Shown in pieces: positions 38,529-53,356 of a stretch of DNA of 59,412 nt; the first letter of the stretch is position 1, and the number at the start of each line of letters is the position of its first letter. Position numbers and translations under genes: made by a program. The notes under the pieces were generated by a model that was not told the origin of the DNA, did not search any database, and was given only the letters and a program-made list of their open reading frames with translations. Source of the DNA: Oceanospirillaceae bacterium (lineage in GTDB: Bacteria; Pseudomonadota; Gammaproteobacteria; Pseudomonadales; Balneatricaceae); the NCBI GenBank assembly GCA_023954795.1, contig JAGSHA010000001.1, forward strand, positions 1 through 59,412, read 5' to 3'.

Positions 38529-39521
38529 TTACTCCTTCAGCTTTTTCTTCAGAGCGGTGACTTCGCCACGCAAACTTGTGATTTCGTTGCGCATTTCATC
38601 CAGTAGCTCTTTAAATGTCTGATTTTGCAGCTCGGTAACCGCATCATTGAGTGTGTTGATTTGGCGACGAGTATGGCGCATCTCTTTACGTAACTGGTGC
38701 TGGCGATGCAAGGCGGTATCTAATCCCTTGCGAGTCGCTAATCCCGCAGACTGGAAGTAGACGTCGCGCGCATTTTGAGCAAAGTTACGCAGGGACATCA
38801 GGGCGTTGCTGATGCGCCCATGGGCTTGTTGATACACATCGGTGAACACGGTGTCTGAGTACGCTGATTCGTAGCTTTCGACCCAGATGTTGTGCAGCTC
38901 GTGAAGGGTTTCAATGGGCTGTTCACGCTGAGCAATTCTGGAGGTCATGCGAGAGCTGGCTTTCTTATTGATCTCGCCGTAATGATTGATATAGGCAGAT
39001 AGCGCTTCCTGATACTCAAGTAACAGGCGAATGGCTTCGCGGCTGTTTGCCTGCAGTTCCGGGTTAGACCCAACAACAGGTGTTTCCAGTAAGCTTTTCA
39101 TCCCGCTGATGAACGGGTTCTCAAACAGCAGATCGTCATGGAAGCTGTGCGTCTTAAACAGGGCTGCGACTTGTTCAGGAAGCTGCCACTGGCGCATCAG
39201 CAGTTCAGTGGTCTGCTTCTGCATATACTTCTGAAACTCGCTCACGGCTGAGTCTATCTGCTGATCCCCGGCGCTATTGCGGAACTGCCGGATCAGGTCC
39301 TCGCCGTAAGTGTTGAAGTTGTGTGACTGGGCGCTGAGTACGTCCATCAGTTGTGAAAACTGTTGCGGCAGGGCTTCTCCGGCAGAGGACTGATAGCGCT
39401 TGATAAACTCAAGCCAGCCTTCCGGGTTTTTCAGCTCGTCGGAACTTTCTCCCAGTGTTTGCCAGTAGGCGTTCTGGGCTTCAAGCCAGTTCTTCATCTG
39501 CTGATTCAGCTCATCTGACAC
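38529..39521 (-). CDS. phaE: Class III PHA synthase subunit PhaE
   Basis: Directly upstream of class III phaC; P..G...E.Q, LHNIWVESYE.AY, GLATRKGLD plus coiled coil; AAGGAG SD before GTG 39521. Confidence 0.85.
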   Translation of the reverse strand: MSDELNQQMKNWLEAQNAYWQTLGESSDELKNPEGWLEFIKRYQSSAGEALPQQFSQLMDVLSAQSHNFNTYGEDLIRQFRNSAGDQQIDSAVSEFQKYMQKQTTELLMRQWQLPEQVAALFKTHSFHDDLLFENPFISGMKSLLETPVVGSNPELQANSREAIRLLLEYQEALSAYINHYGEINKKASSRMTSRIAQREQPIETLHELHNIWVESYESAYSDTVFTDVYQQAHGRISNALMSLRNFAQNARDVYFQSAGLATRKGLDTALHRQHQLRKEMRHTRRQINTLNDAVTELQNQTFKELLDEMRNEITSLRGEVTALKKKLKE

Positions 39522-39664
39522 GGCAGTTCTCTCCTTCGGTAATGCCAATGCCCTGCGAGTTAGAGGGATTGGCGTATGGCTCGTCACTGATTAGCCAGCT
39601 AAGCCTAACAAACTTAGGAAATACTATTACAACTAGGCGGCAACTTATACCTGTGTGGCGTTTT

Positions 39665-40534
39665 CTATTTCGCTACAGGAAGCATGTCAACGAGATGTCG
39701 GGCGGCGTTAGATAGCGTTCTGTCCCGATGATGAATGACACCTAGTTGCCGATAAACCAGTTCTGCATCAACGGGTAGTACCTTCAGGTCTTCTTTGATG
39801 AGTGACTCTGGCAGCAGGCTCCAGCCAAGGCCGATAGAGATCATCATGCGGATAGTGTCGAGATAGTTAGTCGACATCCCTACGTTTAATTGTAGGTTGT
39901 GGCGATCAAATAGCTGTTCAACGAGTTCCCGGGTGAAGGTGTTCTGGTCGGGCAGGATGGCCGTGTACTGAGTGAGTTCGGTCAGACTGACCCGCGTTTT
40001 GTTTGCAAGCGGATGCTCGCGAGAGACTACGTACCTTAATGCATCATGCCAGATCGGTATGGAGCGGATGGCTTTATCAGGCGATGGGGATAGGGTTATA
40101 AGTGCAAGTTCCAGATCGCCCCGTAATACGCCTTCGTAAGCCACTTCCGATTCATCGAAGCGAAGGTCCAGTTTGACTTTCGGGTAGCTGGCGGTGAACG
40201 CGCGCAGTATCGGCGGTAGACGATGTAAGCTCACATGATGGCTGGCTGCGAGAGAAAGCGTGCCAGTAACTTCTCCTGATAAGTTGCTGATCGCTCTGCG
40301 GGCATCATCCAGCTCAAGCAAAATCTGATGAGCGCGAGGTAGGAGAGCTTGTCCTGCCTCGGTAAGCGAGACCTGTCTGCCAATTCGATCGAATAGACGG
40401 CTATTGAGTTGATCTTCGAGTAGTGCGACCCGCTTACTGACAGCTGATTGCGTCAAAAAAAGCTGGTGGGCGGCTTTGGAAAATGACTCGCTATTCGCAA
40501 CCGCAACGAATGCTTGCAGGGTATTAGTATCCAT
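39665..40534 (-). CDS. LysR-type transcriptional regulator, divergent from leuC
   Basis: SFSKAA..LFLTQSAVSKRV..LE, LFDR..LTEAG, GLGWSLLP. Confidence 0.93.
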   Translation of the reverse strand: MDTNTLQAFVAVANSESFSKAAHQLFLTQSAVSKRVALLEDQLNSRLFDRIGRQVSLTEAGQALLPRAHQILLELDDARRAISNLSGEVTGTLSLAASHHVSLHRLPPILRAFTASYPKVKLDLRFDESEVAYEGVLRGDLELALITLSPSPDKAIRSIPIWHDALRYVVSREHPLANKTRVSLTELTQYTAILPDQNTFTRELVEQLFDRHNLQLNVGMSTNYLDTIRMMISIGLGWSLLPESLIKEDLKVLPVDAELVYRQLGVIHHRDRTLSNAARHLVDMLPVAK

Positions 40535-40568
40535 AAAAATTCCTCAATAGATGCATGTATTGTTTTCT

Positions 40569-40583
40569 ATTCCTATTTGGAAT
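40569..40583. promoter_or_regulatory. LysR-type binding site
   Basis: ATTCC-TATTT-GGAAT palindrome containing T-N11-A, between lysR and leuC. Confidence 0.6.
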
Positions 40584-40723
40584 TCAATGAATAAAAAATA
40601 TGAATTTGTGTTGTTTGAATGCCTGTTCTAGGATGGTTCCAGCAGATGGCGAGATGCACTGTTTAGTGAGCAACTAAGGCGGTCTCGATCATCGACCGGA
40701 ATAAGAAAAGTGAGGACATCACA

Positions 40724-42145
40724 ATGGCTGGCAAGACCCTTTACGACAAACTTTTTGATGCGCATTTAGTGCGCCAGAATGACGACGGTAGTTCCTTGAT
40801 TTACATCGATCGTCAGGTGCTGCATGAGGTAACTTCTCCGCAGGCATTTGAAGGTCTGCGTCTGGCGGGTCGTCAGCCGTGGCGCGTGGATGCGAATATT
40901 GCGACACCGGACCACAACGTGCCTACAACGCCGCGTGCTGGTGGTGTAGATGAGATCGTTGATCCGGTATCAAAAATCCAGGTTAAAACTTTAGATGCGA
41001 ACTGTGATGAGTTCGGCATTCTTGAATTTAAAATGAACGATCAGCGTCAGGGTATCGTTCACGTTATGGCTCCAGAGCAAGGTGCCATTCTGCCGGGTGT
41101 GACCGCTGTGTGTGGTGATTCCCATACTGCAACATTGGGTGCTTTAGGTGCGCTGGCTCATGGTGTAGGTACTTCTGAAGTTGAGCACGTATTGGCGACG
41201 CAGTGTCTGATCACCAAAAAAATGAAAAACATGCTGGTGCGTGTTGATGGTGAGTTAGGTGCTGGTGTTACACCAAAAGATGTGGTGTTGCATGTGATCG
41301 GTGTTATTGGCACGGCGGGTGGTACAGGTTATGCCATCGAGTTTGGCGGTGATGTATTCCGCAACATGTCGATGGAAGGTCGTATGACTGTATGTAACAT
41401 GGCGATCGAAGCGGGTGCGCGAGTGGGCTTGGTCTCCGTAGATCAGATCACGCTGGATTATGTCGAAGGCCGTCAATATGCGCCAAAAGGTGAACAGTGG
41501 GATCAGGCGGTAGCGGCATGGAAAGGTCTGGTTTCTGATGACGATGCTGAATTTGATGAGCTGGTTGTGATCAATGGGTCAGATATTGCGCCTCAGGTAA
41601 CTTGGGGTACGTCCCCTGAAATGGTTGTCAGTGTTAATGATCAGGTGCCTAATCCGGCAAACGAGTCTGATCAGGTGAAGGTTGACGGTATTAACCGTGC
41701 GCTGGCGTATATGGGATTGGCAGCAGATCAGAAGATCACGGACATCCAGTTGGATCGTGTGTTTATTGGTTCCTGCACTAACTCCCGTATTGAAGACTTA
41801 CGCTCTGCTGCTGAAGTTGTGAAAGGCCGTCAGGTTGCCGGTAATATCATTCAGGCATTGGTTGTGCCAGGTTCCGGTTTGGTGAAAGAGCAGGCCGAGA
41901 AAGAAGGTTTGGATAAGATCTTTACGGAAGCCGGTCTGGAATGGCGTGAGCCGGGTTGCTCCATGTGTTTGGCGATGAACCCTGATAAGTTGGGTGCCGG
42001 TGAGCATTGTGCATCGACCTCTAACCGCAACTTCGAAGGGCGTCAGGGCTTTGGTGGACGTACCCATTTGGTGAGTCCGGCTATGGCAGCTGCGGCAGCA
42101 ATTGCTGGCCACTTCGTCGACGTGCGTGAATTTGTGAAACAGTAA
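40724..42145 (+). CDS. leuC: 3-isopropylmalate dehydratase large subunit
   Basis: [49 protein letters not shown]. Confidence 0.99.
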   Translation: MAGKTLYDKLFDAHLVRQNDDGSSLIYIDRQVLHEVTSPQAFEGLRLAGRQPWRVDANIATPDHNVPTTPRAGGVDEIVDPVSKIQVKTLDANCDEFGILEFKMNDQRQGIVHVMAPEQGAILPGVTAVCGDSHTATLGALGALAHGVGTSEVEHVLATQCLITKKMKNMLVRVDGELGAGVTPKDVVLHVIGVIGTAGGTGYAIEFGGDVFRNMSMEGRMTVCNMAIEAGARVGLVSVDQITLDYVEGRQYAPKGEQWDQAVAAWKGLVSDDDAEFDELVVINGSDIAPQVTWGTSPEMVVSVNDQVPNPANESDQVKVDGINRALAYMGLAADQKITDIQLDRVFIGSCTNSRIEDLRSAAEVVKGRQVAGNIIQALVVPGSGLVKEQAEKEGLDKIFTEAGLEWREPGCSMCLAMNPDKLGAGEHCASTSNRNFEGRQGFGGRTHLVSPAMAAAAAIAGHFVDVREFVKQ

Positions 42146-42159
42146 TAAGGAGAGCGATA

Positions 42160-42807
42160 ATGAAAAAATTTACCAAGATGACTGGTATCGCGGCTCCGCT
42201 GGATCGCGCAAACGTTGATACCGATATGATCATTCCTAAGCAGTTCTTGAAGTCAATCAAGCGTTCCGGTTTTGGCCCGAACTTGTTTGATGAGCTGCGT
42301 TATTTGGATGAAGGTCAGCCGGACCAGGATTGCAGTGGTCGTCCGCTGAACGAAGAGTTTGTTTTGAATAAGCCGCGCTACCAGGGCGCAAGTGTGCTGT
42401 TGGCGCGTGAAAACTTTGGTTGTGGTTCCAGCCGTGAGCATGCACCTTGGGCGCTGGAAGATTTTGGTATCTGTACCGTGATCGCGCCAAGCTTTGCAGA
42501 AATCTTTTTCAATAACTGCTTTAAAAATGGCTTGTTGCCAATCGTGCTGAACGAAGAGCAGGTTGATCAACTGTTTAAAGAAGTCGATGGTGCTGAAGGT
42601 TATGAGTTGACTGTTGACCTGGAGGCGCAGGTGGTTGTGACGCCTTCCGGTGAAACCATGGCGTTTGAAGTGGATGACTTCCGTAAGCATTGTTTGCTGA
42701 ACGGTTTGGATGATATTGGTCTGACATTGCAGTACGCTGATGATATCAAAGCGTATGAAGAGAAGGCGCGCCAGCACTCTCCGTGGCTGTTTGACGCAAT
42801 CAAATAA
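42160..42807 (+). CDS. leuD: 3-isopropylmalate dehydratase small subunit
   Basis: [38 protein letters not shown]. Confidence 0.99.
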   Translation: MKKFTKMTGIAAPLDRANVDTDMIIPKQFLKSIKRSGFGPNLFDELRYLDEGQPDQDCSGRPLNEEFVLNKPRYQGASVLLARENFGCGSSREHAPWALEDFGICTVIAPSFAEIFFNNCFKNGLLPIVLNEEQVDQLFKEVDGAEGYELTVDLEAQVVVTPSGETMAFEVDDFRKHCLLNGLDDIGLTLQYADDIKAYEEKARQHSPWLFDAIK

Positions 42808-42888
42808 CTGGGTGTAGCGCTGGCTGCACCGTTTAAGAATATGTACGGCAGCATGCGTGCTGCCTTTTTAACATAAAGGAATTACACA

Positions 42889-43971
42889 ATGAGTAAGAAA
42901 GTCCTGCTGCTGCCGGGTGATGGTATTGGTCCTGAGATCGCTGCTGAAGCGCGCAAAGTACTGGATCTGGTAAACGATCAGTTCTCTCTGGGTCTGGAGA
43001 TGGATGATGCGCTGGTGGGCGGTGCTGCAATCGATGCAGAAGGTGACGCGTTGCCAGCAACAACCTGGGAAAAGGTTGAAGCGGCGGATGCAATCCTGCT
43101 GGGAGCAGTGGGTGGTCCTAAGTGGGATACACTGCCGCCGGCAGAGCGTCCTGAAAAAGGTGGTCTGCTGAAGATTCGCGCACAGCTGGATCTGTTCGGC
43201 AACCTGCGCCCTGCGATCCTGTACCCGCAGCTGGCACATGCGTCTACGTTGAAAGAAGACGTTGTATCCGGTCTGGATATCCTGATCGTACGTGAGTTGA
43301 CCGGTGGTATTTACTTTGGTGAGCCTCGTGGTATCAAAACCAAAGAGAACGGTGTGCGTGAAGGTTACAACACCTATGTGTACGACGAAGAGCAGATCCG
43401 TCGTATCGGTCGTGTTGCATTCGAAGCGGCAATGAAGCGTGGTAAGCGTCTGTGTTCTGTCGATAAAGCAAACGTGCTGGAAGTCACCATGCTGTGGCGC
43501 GAAGTGATGGAAGATCTGTCCAAAGAGTACCCGGAAGTAGAGCTGTCCCACATGTATGTGGACAACGCAGCAATGCAGCTGGTGCGCGCGCCTAAGCAGT
43601 TTGACGTGATTGTAACTGGCAACATGTTCGGTGACATCCTGTCTGATGCGGCGGCAATGCTGACCGGTTCTATCGGCATGCTGCCATCGGCGTCTCTGGA
43701 TGTGAACGGTAAGGGTATGTACGAGCCTTGTCACGGTTCCGCACCTGATATTGCAGGTCAGGGTATTGCAAACCCGCTGGCGATGATTATCTCTGCAGCG
43801 ATGATGTTGCGTCACTCTCTGGGTATGGAAGCACCAGCAGCGAAAATCGAAGCTGCGGTTGACGTTGTGCTGGATCAGGGACTGCGTACAGGTGATATCT
43901 GGTCTGAAGGTATGCAGAAAGTTAGCACTGTTGAAATGGGTGATGCTGTCGTAGCTGCGTTGAAGAGCTAA
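42889..43971 (+). CDS. leuB: 3-isopropylmalate dehydrogenase
   Basis: [47 protein letters not shown]. Confidence 0.99.
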   Translation: MSKKVLLLPGDGIGPEIAAEARKVLDLVNDQFSLGLEMDDALVGGAAIDAEGDALPATTWEKVEAADAILLGAVGGPKWDTLPPAERPEKGGLLKIRAQLDLFGNLRPAILYPQLAHASTLKEDVVSGLDILIVRELTGGIYFGEPRGIKTKENGVREGYNTYVYDEEQIRRIGRVAFEAAMKRGKRLCSVDKANVLEVTMLWREVMEDLSKEYPEVELSHMYVDNAAMQLVRAPKQFDVIVTGNMFGDILSDAAAMLTGSIGMLPSASLDVNGKGMYEPCHGSAPDIAGQGIANPLAMIISAAMMLRHSLGMEAPAAKIEAAVDVVLDQGLRTGDIWSEGMQKVSTVEMGDAVVAALKS

Positions 43972-44043
43972 GCACGGCGCAGAAAGACTGATAGCTTGAA
44001 AGGGCTATTTATTGCATAATATCTGCCGCTATAAAGGCAGTGT

Positions 44044-44075
44044 AATCGGCCTCTGCTGGTGAGTAGGGGCCGATT
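44044..44075 (+). terminator. Hairpin between leuB and asd
   Basis: AATCGGCCTCTGCT-GGTG-AGTAGGGGCCGATT followed by a T-rich tail. Confidence 0.6.
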
Positions 44076-44113
44076 TGTTATTTTTAGAACAATCCAAGTT
44101 TTTGGTGAAATAG

Positions 44114-45229
44114 ATGAAACGTGTAGGTTTTGTTGGCTGGCGTGGAATGGTGGGTTCCGTGTTGATGCAACGCATGATGGAAGAGCGTGATTTCGATCAG
44201 ATCGAAGAACCGGTCTTCTTCACCACATCTCAGGTAGGACAGGCTGGGCCGAATATTGGTAAAGATATTCCAGCACTGAAAGATGCAACATCCATTGATG
44301 ATCTCAAACAGATGGATGCCATTATTTCCTGTCAGGGTGGTGACTACACGAAGCAGGTTTACGGCGCGCTGCGTGAAGCGGGCTGGAATGGTTACTGGAT
44401 CGATGCGGCATCCTCCTTGCGTATGGATGATGAAGCAATCATCGTACTGGATCCGGTAAACATGAACGTCATCAAAGACGGTCTGTCCAGCGGTGTAAAA
44501 ACCTATGTTGGCGGTAATTGCACCGTATCCCTGATGCTGATGGGTTTGGGTGGTCTGTTCAATGCGGGTCACATCGAGTGGATGACTTCCATGACGTATC
44601 AGGCTGCATCCGGCGGTGGCGCGCGTCACATGCGTGAGCTGATCTCGCAGATGGGTATCATTAAAGAATCTGTTGCGACTGATCTGGCGAACCCTGCGAG
44701 CGCTATTCTTGATATCGATCGTCAGGTTGCTGAGACTATTCGAAGCGATGCGATGCCCGTCGATAACTTTGGTGTGGCACTGGCGGGTTCTCTGATTCCT
44801 TGGATCGATACTAAGCTGGATAACGGCCAGAGTCGTGAAGAGTGGAAAGCATACGCAGAAACTAACAAAATTCTGGGTCTGGGCGATAGCCCGATTCCAA
44901 TCGACGGTACCTGTGTGCGTATCGGTGCGATGCGTTGTCATAGTCAGGCGTTCACCATCAAGCTGAAGCAGAACCTGCCTATGGACGAAATCGAAGGCAT
45001 GCTCGCAGAAGCCAATGATTGGGTTAAGGTGATTCCGAATGATCGTGATATTACTGCGGCTGAGTTAACGCCTGCGAAGGTGACGGGTACATTGAGTGTG
45101 CCAGTTGGCCGTCTGCGCAAGATGAATTTGGGTGATGAGTACCTGAATGCATTCAGCGTGGGTGATCAGCTGCTGTGGGGGGCTGCAGAGCCTCTGCGTC
45201 GTATGCTACGTATTCTGCTGGAAGACTAG
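44114..45229 (+). CDS. asd: Aspartate-semialdehyde dehydrogenase
   Basis: [48 protein letters not shown]. Confidence 0.98.
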   Translation: MKRVGFVGWRGMVGSVLMQRMMEERDFDQIEEPVFFTTSQVGQAGPNIGKDIPALKDATSIDDLKQMDAIISCQGGDYTKQVYGALREAGWNGYWIDAASSLRMDDEAIIVLDPVNMNVIKDGLSSGVKTYVGGNCTVSLMLMGLGGLFNAGHIEWMTSMTYQAASGGGARHMRELISQMGIIKESVATDLANPASAILDIDRQVAETIRSDAMPVDNFGVALAGSLIPWIDTKLDNGQSREEWKAYAETNKILGLGDSPIPIDGTCVRIGAMRCHSQAFTIKLKQNLPMDEIEGMLAEANDWVKVIPNDRDITAAELTPAKVTGTLSVPVGRLRKMNLGDEYLNAFSVGDQLLWGAAEPLRRMLRILLED

Positions 45230-45338
45230 TTCAAGCAGAGATACAGTCGATACAATCTTTCAAAGATGAATGCGTTCATTTGTCTTTATAAAAATCCAGC
45301 CCGGCATTGTTCGGGCTGATTTGTTTCCGGGGTTTTAA

Positions 45339-46364
45339 ATGGAAAGAAGTTTTAACATCGCAATTGTAGGCGCCACGGGTTTGGTCGGTGAAGCGATGCG
45401 AGAGATATTGGAGCAACGCGAATTTCCTGTTGGTGAGTTGTATTTGCTAGCAGGCGAGCGTTCGGCAGGGCAAAGTCTACAGTTTCGCGATAAGTCACAT
45501 AAAGTGGGATTGTTGCAGGATTTTGACTTCTCTCAGGTTGAAATTGCGCTGTTTTCTGCGGGTAGCGACGTGTCCATGCAGTACGCTCCAATTGCTGTAG
45601 ATGCAGGATGCGTGGTGATTGATAACACGTCTTGTTTCCGCTATGACCCGGATGTTCCGCTGGTGATTCCAGAGGTTAACCCGGAAATGGTGGGTGAATA
45701 CCGTAATCAGGGCATTATTGCGAACCCGAATTGTTCAACGATTCAGATGTTAATGGCGCTGTCTCCCATTCATCGTGAGGTGGGTATTGATCGTATCAAT
45801 GTTTCTACGTATCAAGCTGTTTCAGGCTCTGGCCGTAAAGCGGTAGAAGAGCTGGCGGGTCAGACGGCACGTTTGCTCAATGGGTTGAGTGTCGATCCGG
45901 ACGTCTATCCGAAACAAATCACCTTTAATGTGCTGCCGCAGATAGACGCCATGCAGGACAATGGTTATACCCGCGAAGAGATGAAAATGGTGTTGGAAAC
46001 CCAGAAAATTCTGGGCGATGACAGCATTCGGGTAAATCCAACGTGTGTGCGTGTTCCTGTATTCTTCGGGCACTCTGAGTCGTTGCATGTAGAAACGCGT
46101 GAACCCATTTCTGCAATGGACGTGCGCAACTTGCTTGAAGTGATGCCGGGCGTTGAGGTGGTTGACGAGCTAGACGAAGAGGGTGGTTATGCGACTCCGG
46201 TGACAGAGGGTGTTGGTAAGGATGACGTATTTGTCAGCCGAATTCGCGAAGATATCTCCTCCCAGAGCGGCATAAACATGTGGGTCGTGTCAGATAATGT
46301 GCGTAAAGGTGCTGCATTAAACAGTATTCAGATTGCTGAACTCTTGATCCAACAGTACCTCTAG
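45339..46364 (+). CDS. usg: Second Asd-family dehydrogenase (Usg-like)
   Basis: GATGLVG, DNTSCFR, PEVN, ANPNCST, YQAVSGSG, RVPVFFGHS, DNVRKGAALN. Confidence 0.88.
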   Translation: MERSFNIAIVGATGLVGEAMREILEQREFPVGELYLLAGERSAGQSLQFRDKSHKVGLLQDFDFSQVEIALFSAGSDVSMQYAPIAVDAGCVVIDNTSCFRYDPDVPLVIPEVNPEMVGEYRNQGIIANPNCSTIQMLMALSPIHREVGIDRINVSTYQAVSGSGRKAVEELAGQTARLLNGLSVDPDVYPKQITFNVLPQIDAMQDNGYTREEMKMVLETQKILGDDSIRVNPTCVRVPVFFGHSESLHVETREPISAMDVRNLLEVMPGVEVVDELDEEGGYATPVTEGVGKDDVFVSRIREDISSQSGINMWVVSDNVRKGAALNSIQIAELLIQQYL

Positions 46365-46479
46365 GGTAAAAACATAAAGTAATTTCTGGGAGTTAGGTGA
46401 CCTTCAGCGCTGGCTTAGGTTAGGATTGGCTGCTGTGCCGGGCTCCCGGTTAATTGTTTCGATGGTTTACACAGGAAGA

Positions 46480-48294
46480 ATGGATTTGCGCAAGCTGGTT
46501 ACCAGTCTTGTATGTGCAGGCGCACTAGCGGCTTCTTCGGCTCAGGCGCTAGATTTAGGCGCACTGCACGTATATTCCGCAGCAGGCGAACCGCTTGATG
46601 CAGAAATTCAGCTTCTCGATGTTGAAGGATTGTCTGCTGACGACATTCGTCCTCGCTTTGCTGGCGTGGATGATTTGGCCATTTCTGGCCTGGACAGTAA
46701 GCGTTATCTGTCTGATGTGCGTTTTTTCGTGGCGATAGAAAACAATCAGTCGGCAACTTTGCGTCTTGTTTCAGATGAACCTATCGATCATTCTTTTTTG
46801 AGCTTTCTGCTTGAGGTTAATTGGACCGAAGGACGATTGTTGCGTGAATATACCGCACTCTTGAAAGAGCCTCTGAATAAGCCTTCCCGCCAGATATCTC
46901 CGGCAACACCAAAGCAAGAATCGCAGCCTGTTCTGATTGCAGAGGTCGCTAAGGAAGTACCTGCGACTAAACCCACGATTAATGTCCCAATTCCAAAAGC
47001 TAATCAGCCTGAGAAGGTCGCGTCGCCAGTCTCCCTAACTGAGGTGGCTGATGTGCCAAGCCCGGCTTCGGCAATAAACAGGGAAGAGGTTGGCGCGAAA
47101 AAAGCGGAAAAAAACGTATCGTCGAAAAAAGAAAATACGGATGAGCCCAAAGCTTATGCCGTCGATATGACGATTGATGCCGTAGAAAGTGAGCCTGAAT
47201 TTTTAGCCGTCAAAGCAGATAGATCAAATGCAGATCTAAAGCCCGCGGAGGTTGTGGAGCGTTCCCGTCATATAGAGGTTCAGCAACCTGTTATGGTGCG
47301 TTCTTCTGAGCAGATTATCATTCGCCGAAAAGAGCCAGCGAACCCGCTGTCCGAAGAGCTGGAGAATGTAGCGGCGAAAAACTTGCCTGAACACAGAGAA
47401 ACCATCAGGTCTGCTACGCCGGTGCTCAGTGCAGGTTTGATTAAGGTGGGGGCAAAAGAAACGCTGTGGGATATCGCGCAACGTAATAGTCCATCGTCGG
47501 CCTATAGCAATCAGCAGGTGATGGTGGCGCTGTATGAGAAGAACCCTCAGGCGTTCGTCGACGGTGATATCAATCGAATGAAGGGTTCTGCTGTTTTGAC
47601 GCGTCCATCAGAAGGTGAGGTTCAGCGTCACGATGCTTCCCAAGCGCTGCGGTTCATTCGTGATCGATTGAATGAATCACAGCGTCTGGCGGCGAAAGAG
47701 TTGAATGTTGCGTCATCGGCTAAAGAGGTTGTTGTTGGGGCAAAAGAGACGCTTTGGGATATCGCGGTTAAATATCGTGCAGGACCAGAAGTGAACACCC
47801 GTCAGATGATGTTGGCAATCGTAAAGAAAAATCCTCGTGCATTTGATAACGGCAATATCAACAGGATGCGCAGAGGTGTCGTGCTGGAAATGCCGTCTGC
47901 CGAAGAGCTCAAAATGTGGTCTGAAAAGGAAGCCTCTGCGGAGGTGCGCCGACAGATCTCGGATTGGCGTCAGAATAAAGAATTAGGCGCAGTGAAGGGA
48001 GCTGGCGAGCAAAAGCCCGTTATGGAAACGACTATCAGTTCATCGTCAGTTATAGCGCAGCCTGTGGCTACATTAGGCGGTTACAGCTCCCGTGAACTTG
48101 TCATCGGTAAGCAAGAAACGTTATGGAGTATTGCAATAAATAACTTGCCTGATGCATCGGTTACGACCGGTCAAATGATTAAGGCAATTATTAAGAAAAA
48201 CCCTCATGCATTTGTTGACGGTGATATGAATTCGATGCGTGTGGGTGAAACGCTGGAAATGCCTTCGCTTGCGGATATAGAGAGCGAGAGGTAG
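46480..48294 (+). CDS. Anchorless FimV-like periplasmic protein with three LysM-like repeats
   Basis: Signal peptide (AQA/LDLG); FimV N-domain (GEPLDAEIQL..FLLEVNWTEGRLLREYTALL); three ETLW.IA..Q.M.A..KNP.AF..G..N.M...L..PS repeats; no TM helix or C-terminal TPR. Confidence 0.85.
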   Translation: MDLRKLVTSLVCAGALAASSAQALDLGALHVYSAAGEPLDAEIQLLDVEGLSADDIRPRFAGVDDLAISGLDSKRYLSDVRFFVAIENNQSATLRLVSDEPIDHSFLSFLLEVNWTEGRLLREYTALLKEPLNKPSRQISPATPKQESQPVLIAEVAKEVPATKPTINVPIPKANQPEKVASPVSLTEVADVPSPASAINREEVGAKKAEKNVSSKKENTDEPKAYAVDMTIDAVESEPEFLAVKADRSNADLKPAEVVERSRHIEVQQPVMVRSSEQIIIRRKEPANPLSEELENVAAKNLPEHRETIRSATPVLSAGLIKVGAKETLWDIAQRNSPSSAYSNQQVMVALYEKNPQAFVDGDINRMKGSAVLTRPSEGEVQRHDASQALRFIRDRLNESQRLAAKELNVASSAKEVVVGAKETLWDIAVKYRAGPEVNTRQMMLAIVKKNPRAFDNGNINRMRRGVVLEMPSAEELKMWSEKEASAEVRRQISDWRQNKELGAVKGAGEQKPVMETTISSSSVIAQPVATLGGYSSRELVIGKQETLWSIAINNLPDASVTTGQMIKAIIKKNPHAFVDGDMNSMRVGETLEMPSLADIESER

Positions 48295-48297
48295 GGG

Positions 48298-48324
48298 TTA
48301 ATTGTGAGCCGCAACGGCCGATAT
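48298..48324 (+). promoter_or_regulatory. Candidate sigma28 (FliA) promoter of fimV
   Basis: TTAA-N15-GCCGATAT versus consensus TAAA-N15-GCCGATAA. Confidence 0.4.
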
Positions 48325-48538
48325 GTAATGCTTAATGAATGGTAGTAGGCGGGTTTTGGTGTGATCAGCGGTGTTGTGAAGGTGATTTTACAGAAGTTAC
48401 TTTCGTCTATTTGTTTAACCCGCGTCACGAGTCGCTTGACCCAGCTGTACGATATAAATAATACTTCTTCGATATTTTCGGAATCGGCAACTCTATGATT
48501 TTTACGAAAATTTTAGAGAAAACGTAACAAGGAAACTG

Positions 48539-52471
<3,933 letters not shown>

Positions 52472-52474
52472 CTT

Positions 52475-53314
52475 ATGTCTGAAGTATCTCAAGAAACATC
52501 TGGAGCGATTTCGATCGCTCCTTATCGTTATGCCCTGTGTATCGAGTATCAGGGGACCCATTATCGCGGTTGGCAGATTCAAAAAGATGTCGTCAGTATT
52601 CAGGAAACGCTTGAGAAAGCGTTATCTGTAGTTGCCAATGAGGCAGTGCATGTTATTTGTGCAGGGCGTACTGATGCGTGTGTTAATGCCACTTACCAGA
52701 TCGTTCACTTCGAAACGTATGCAAAACGTACGGAACGTGCCTGGATCATGGGGACCAACACCAATCTGCCGGATGATATTGCCGTTAAGTGGGCAGTGCC
52801 GGTACCGGATAGTTTTCATGCTCGCTTTTCAGCCCAACAGCGTCGTTATCGTTATGTCATTCTGAGCGCCCCGGTGAAGCCAGCCTTGATGGCTAAAGGT
52901 GTAACCTGGACGTTTAAGGAGCTTGATCTTGAACGCATGAATAAGGCCGCCGCGTATTTGGTGGGCGAGCATAACTTTAACTCCTATCGCGCTGTTAATT
53001 GTCAGGCGAAGAGCCCGATTCGGGAAGTACGTGAGTTAAACGTATATAAAAGCGGGCAGCTGATTGTAATTGATGTCGCTGCAAACGCTTTCTTGCATCA
53101 TATGGTGCGAAACATCGCCGGTGTGTTGATGGAGATCGGTTGTGGTGAAGCTGAGCCCGTTTGGGCAAAAGAGGTTCTGGAAGCTCAGGATCGGAGGCAA
53201 GGCGGCGTGACTGCACCACCTTACGGTCTTTATTTTGTCGATGTGCATTACCCGGAAGAGTTTTCATTGCCTAAATCTGAGCTAGGGCCCTATTTCCTTA
53301 CCGCTGCGGACTGA
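52475..53314 (+). CDS. truA: tRNA pseudouridine(38-40) synthase
   Basis: YQGTHYRGWQ, AGRTDA, FHARFSA..RRYRY, FLHHMVRNI, TAPPYGL. Confidence 0.97.
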   Translation: MSEVSQETSGAISIAPYRYALCIEYQGTHYRGWQIQKDVVSIQETLEKALSVVANEAVHVICAGRTDACVNATYQIVHFETYAKRTERAWIMGTNTNLPDDIAVKWAVPVPDSFHARFSAQQRRYRYVILSAPVKPALMAKGVTWTFKELDLERMNKAAAYLVGEHNFNSYRAVNCQAKSPIREVRELNVYKSGQLIVIDVAANAFLHHMVRNIAGVLMEIGCGEAEPVWAKEVLEAQDRRQGGVTAPPYGLYFVDVHYPEEFSLPKSELGPYFLTAAD

Positions 53315-53356
53315 CACTCGGCTTAAGCATCTGATAGTATATTGGGTTTTCCGGGC

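Noticed and set aside
42868-44941. Long antisense ORFs (315 aa opposite leuB, 285 aa opposite asd) and similar ones opposite speE, rhlB, leuD and fimV
   Set aside because: Shadow frames of codon-biased genes; no family motifs and full overlap with clear housekeeping genes.
44114-46364. Two tandem Asd-family genes as a novelty
   Set aside because: The asd-usg-fimV-truA order is well known in Pseudomonas and relatives.
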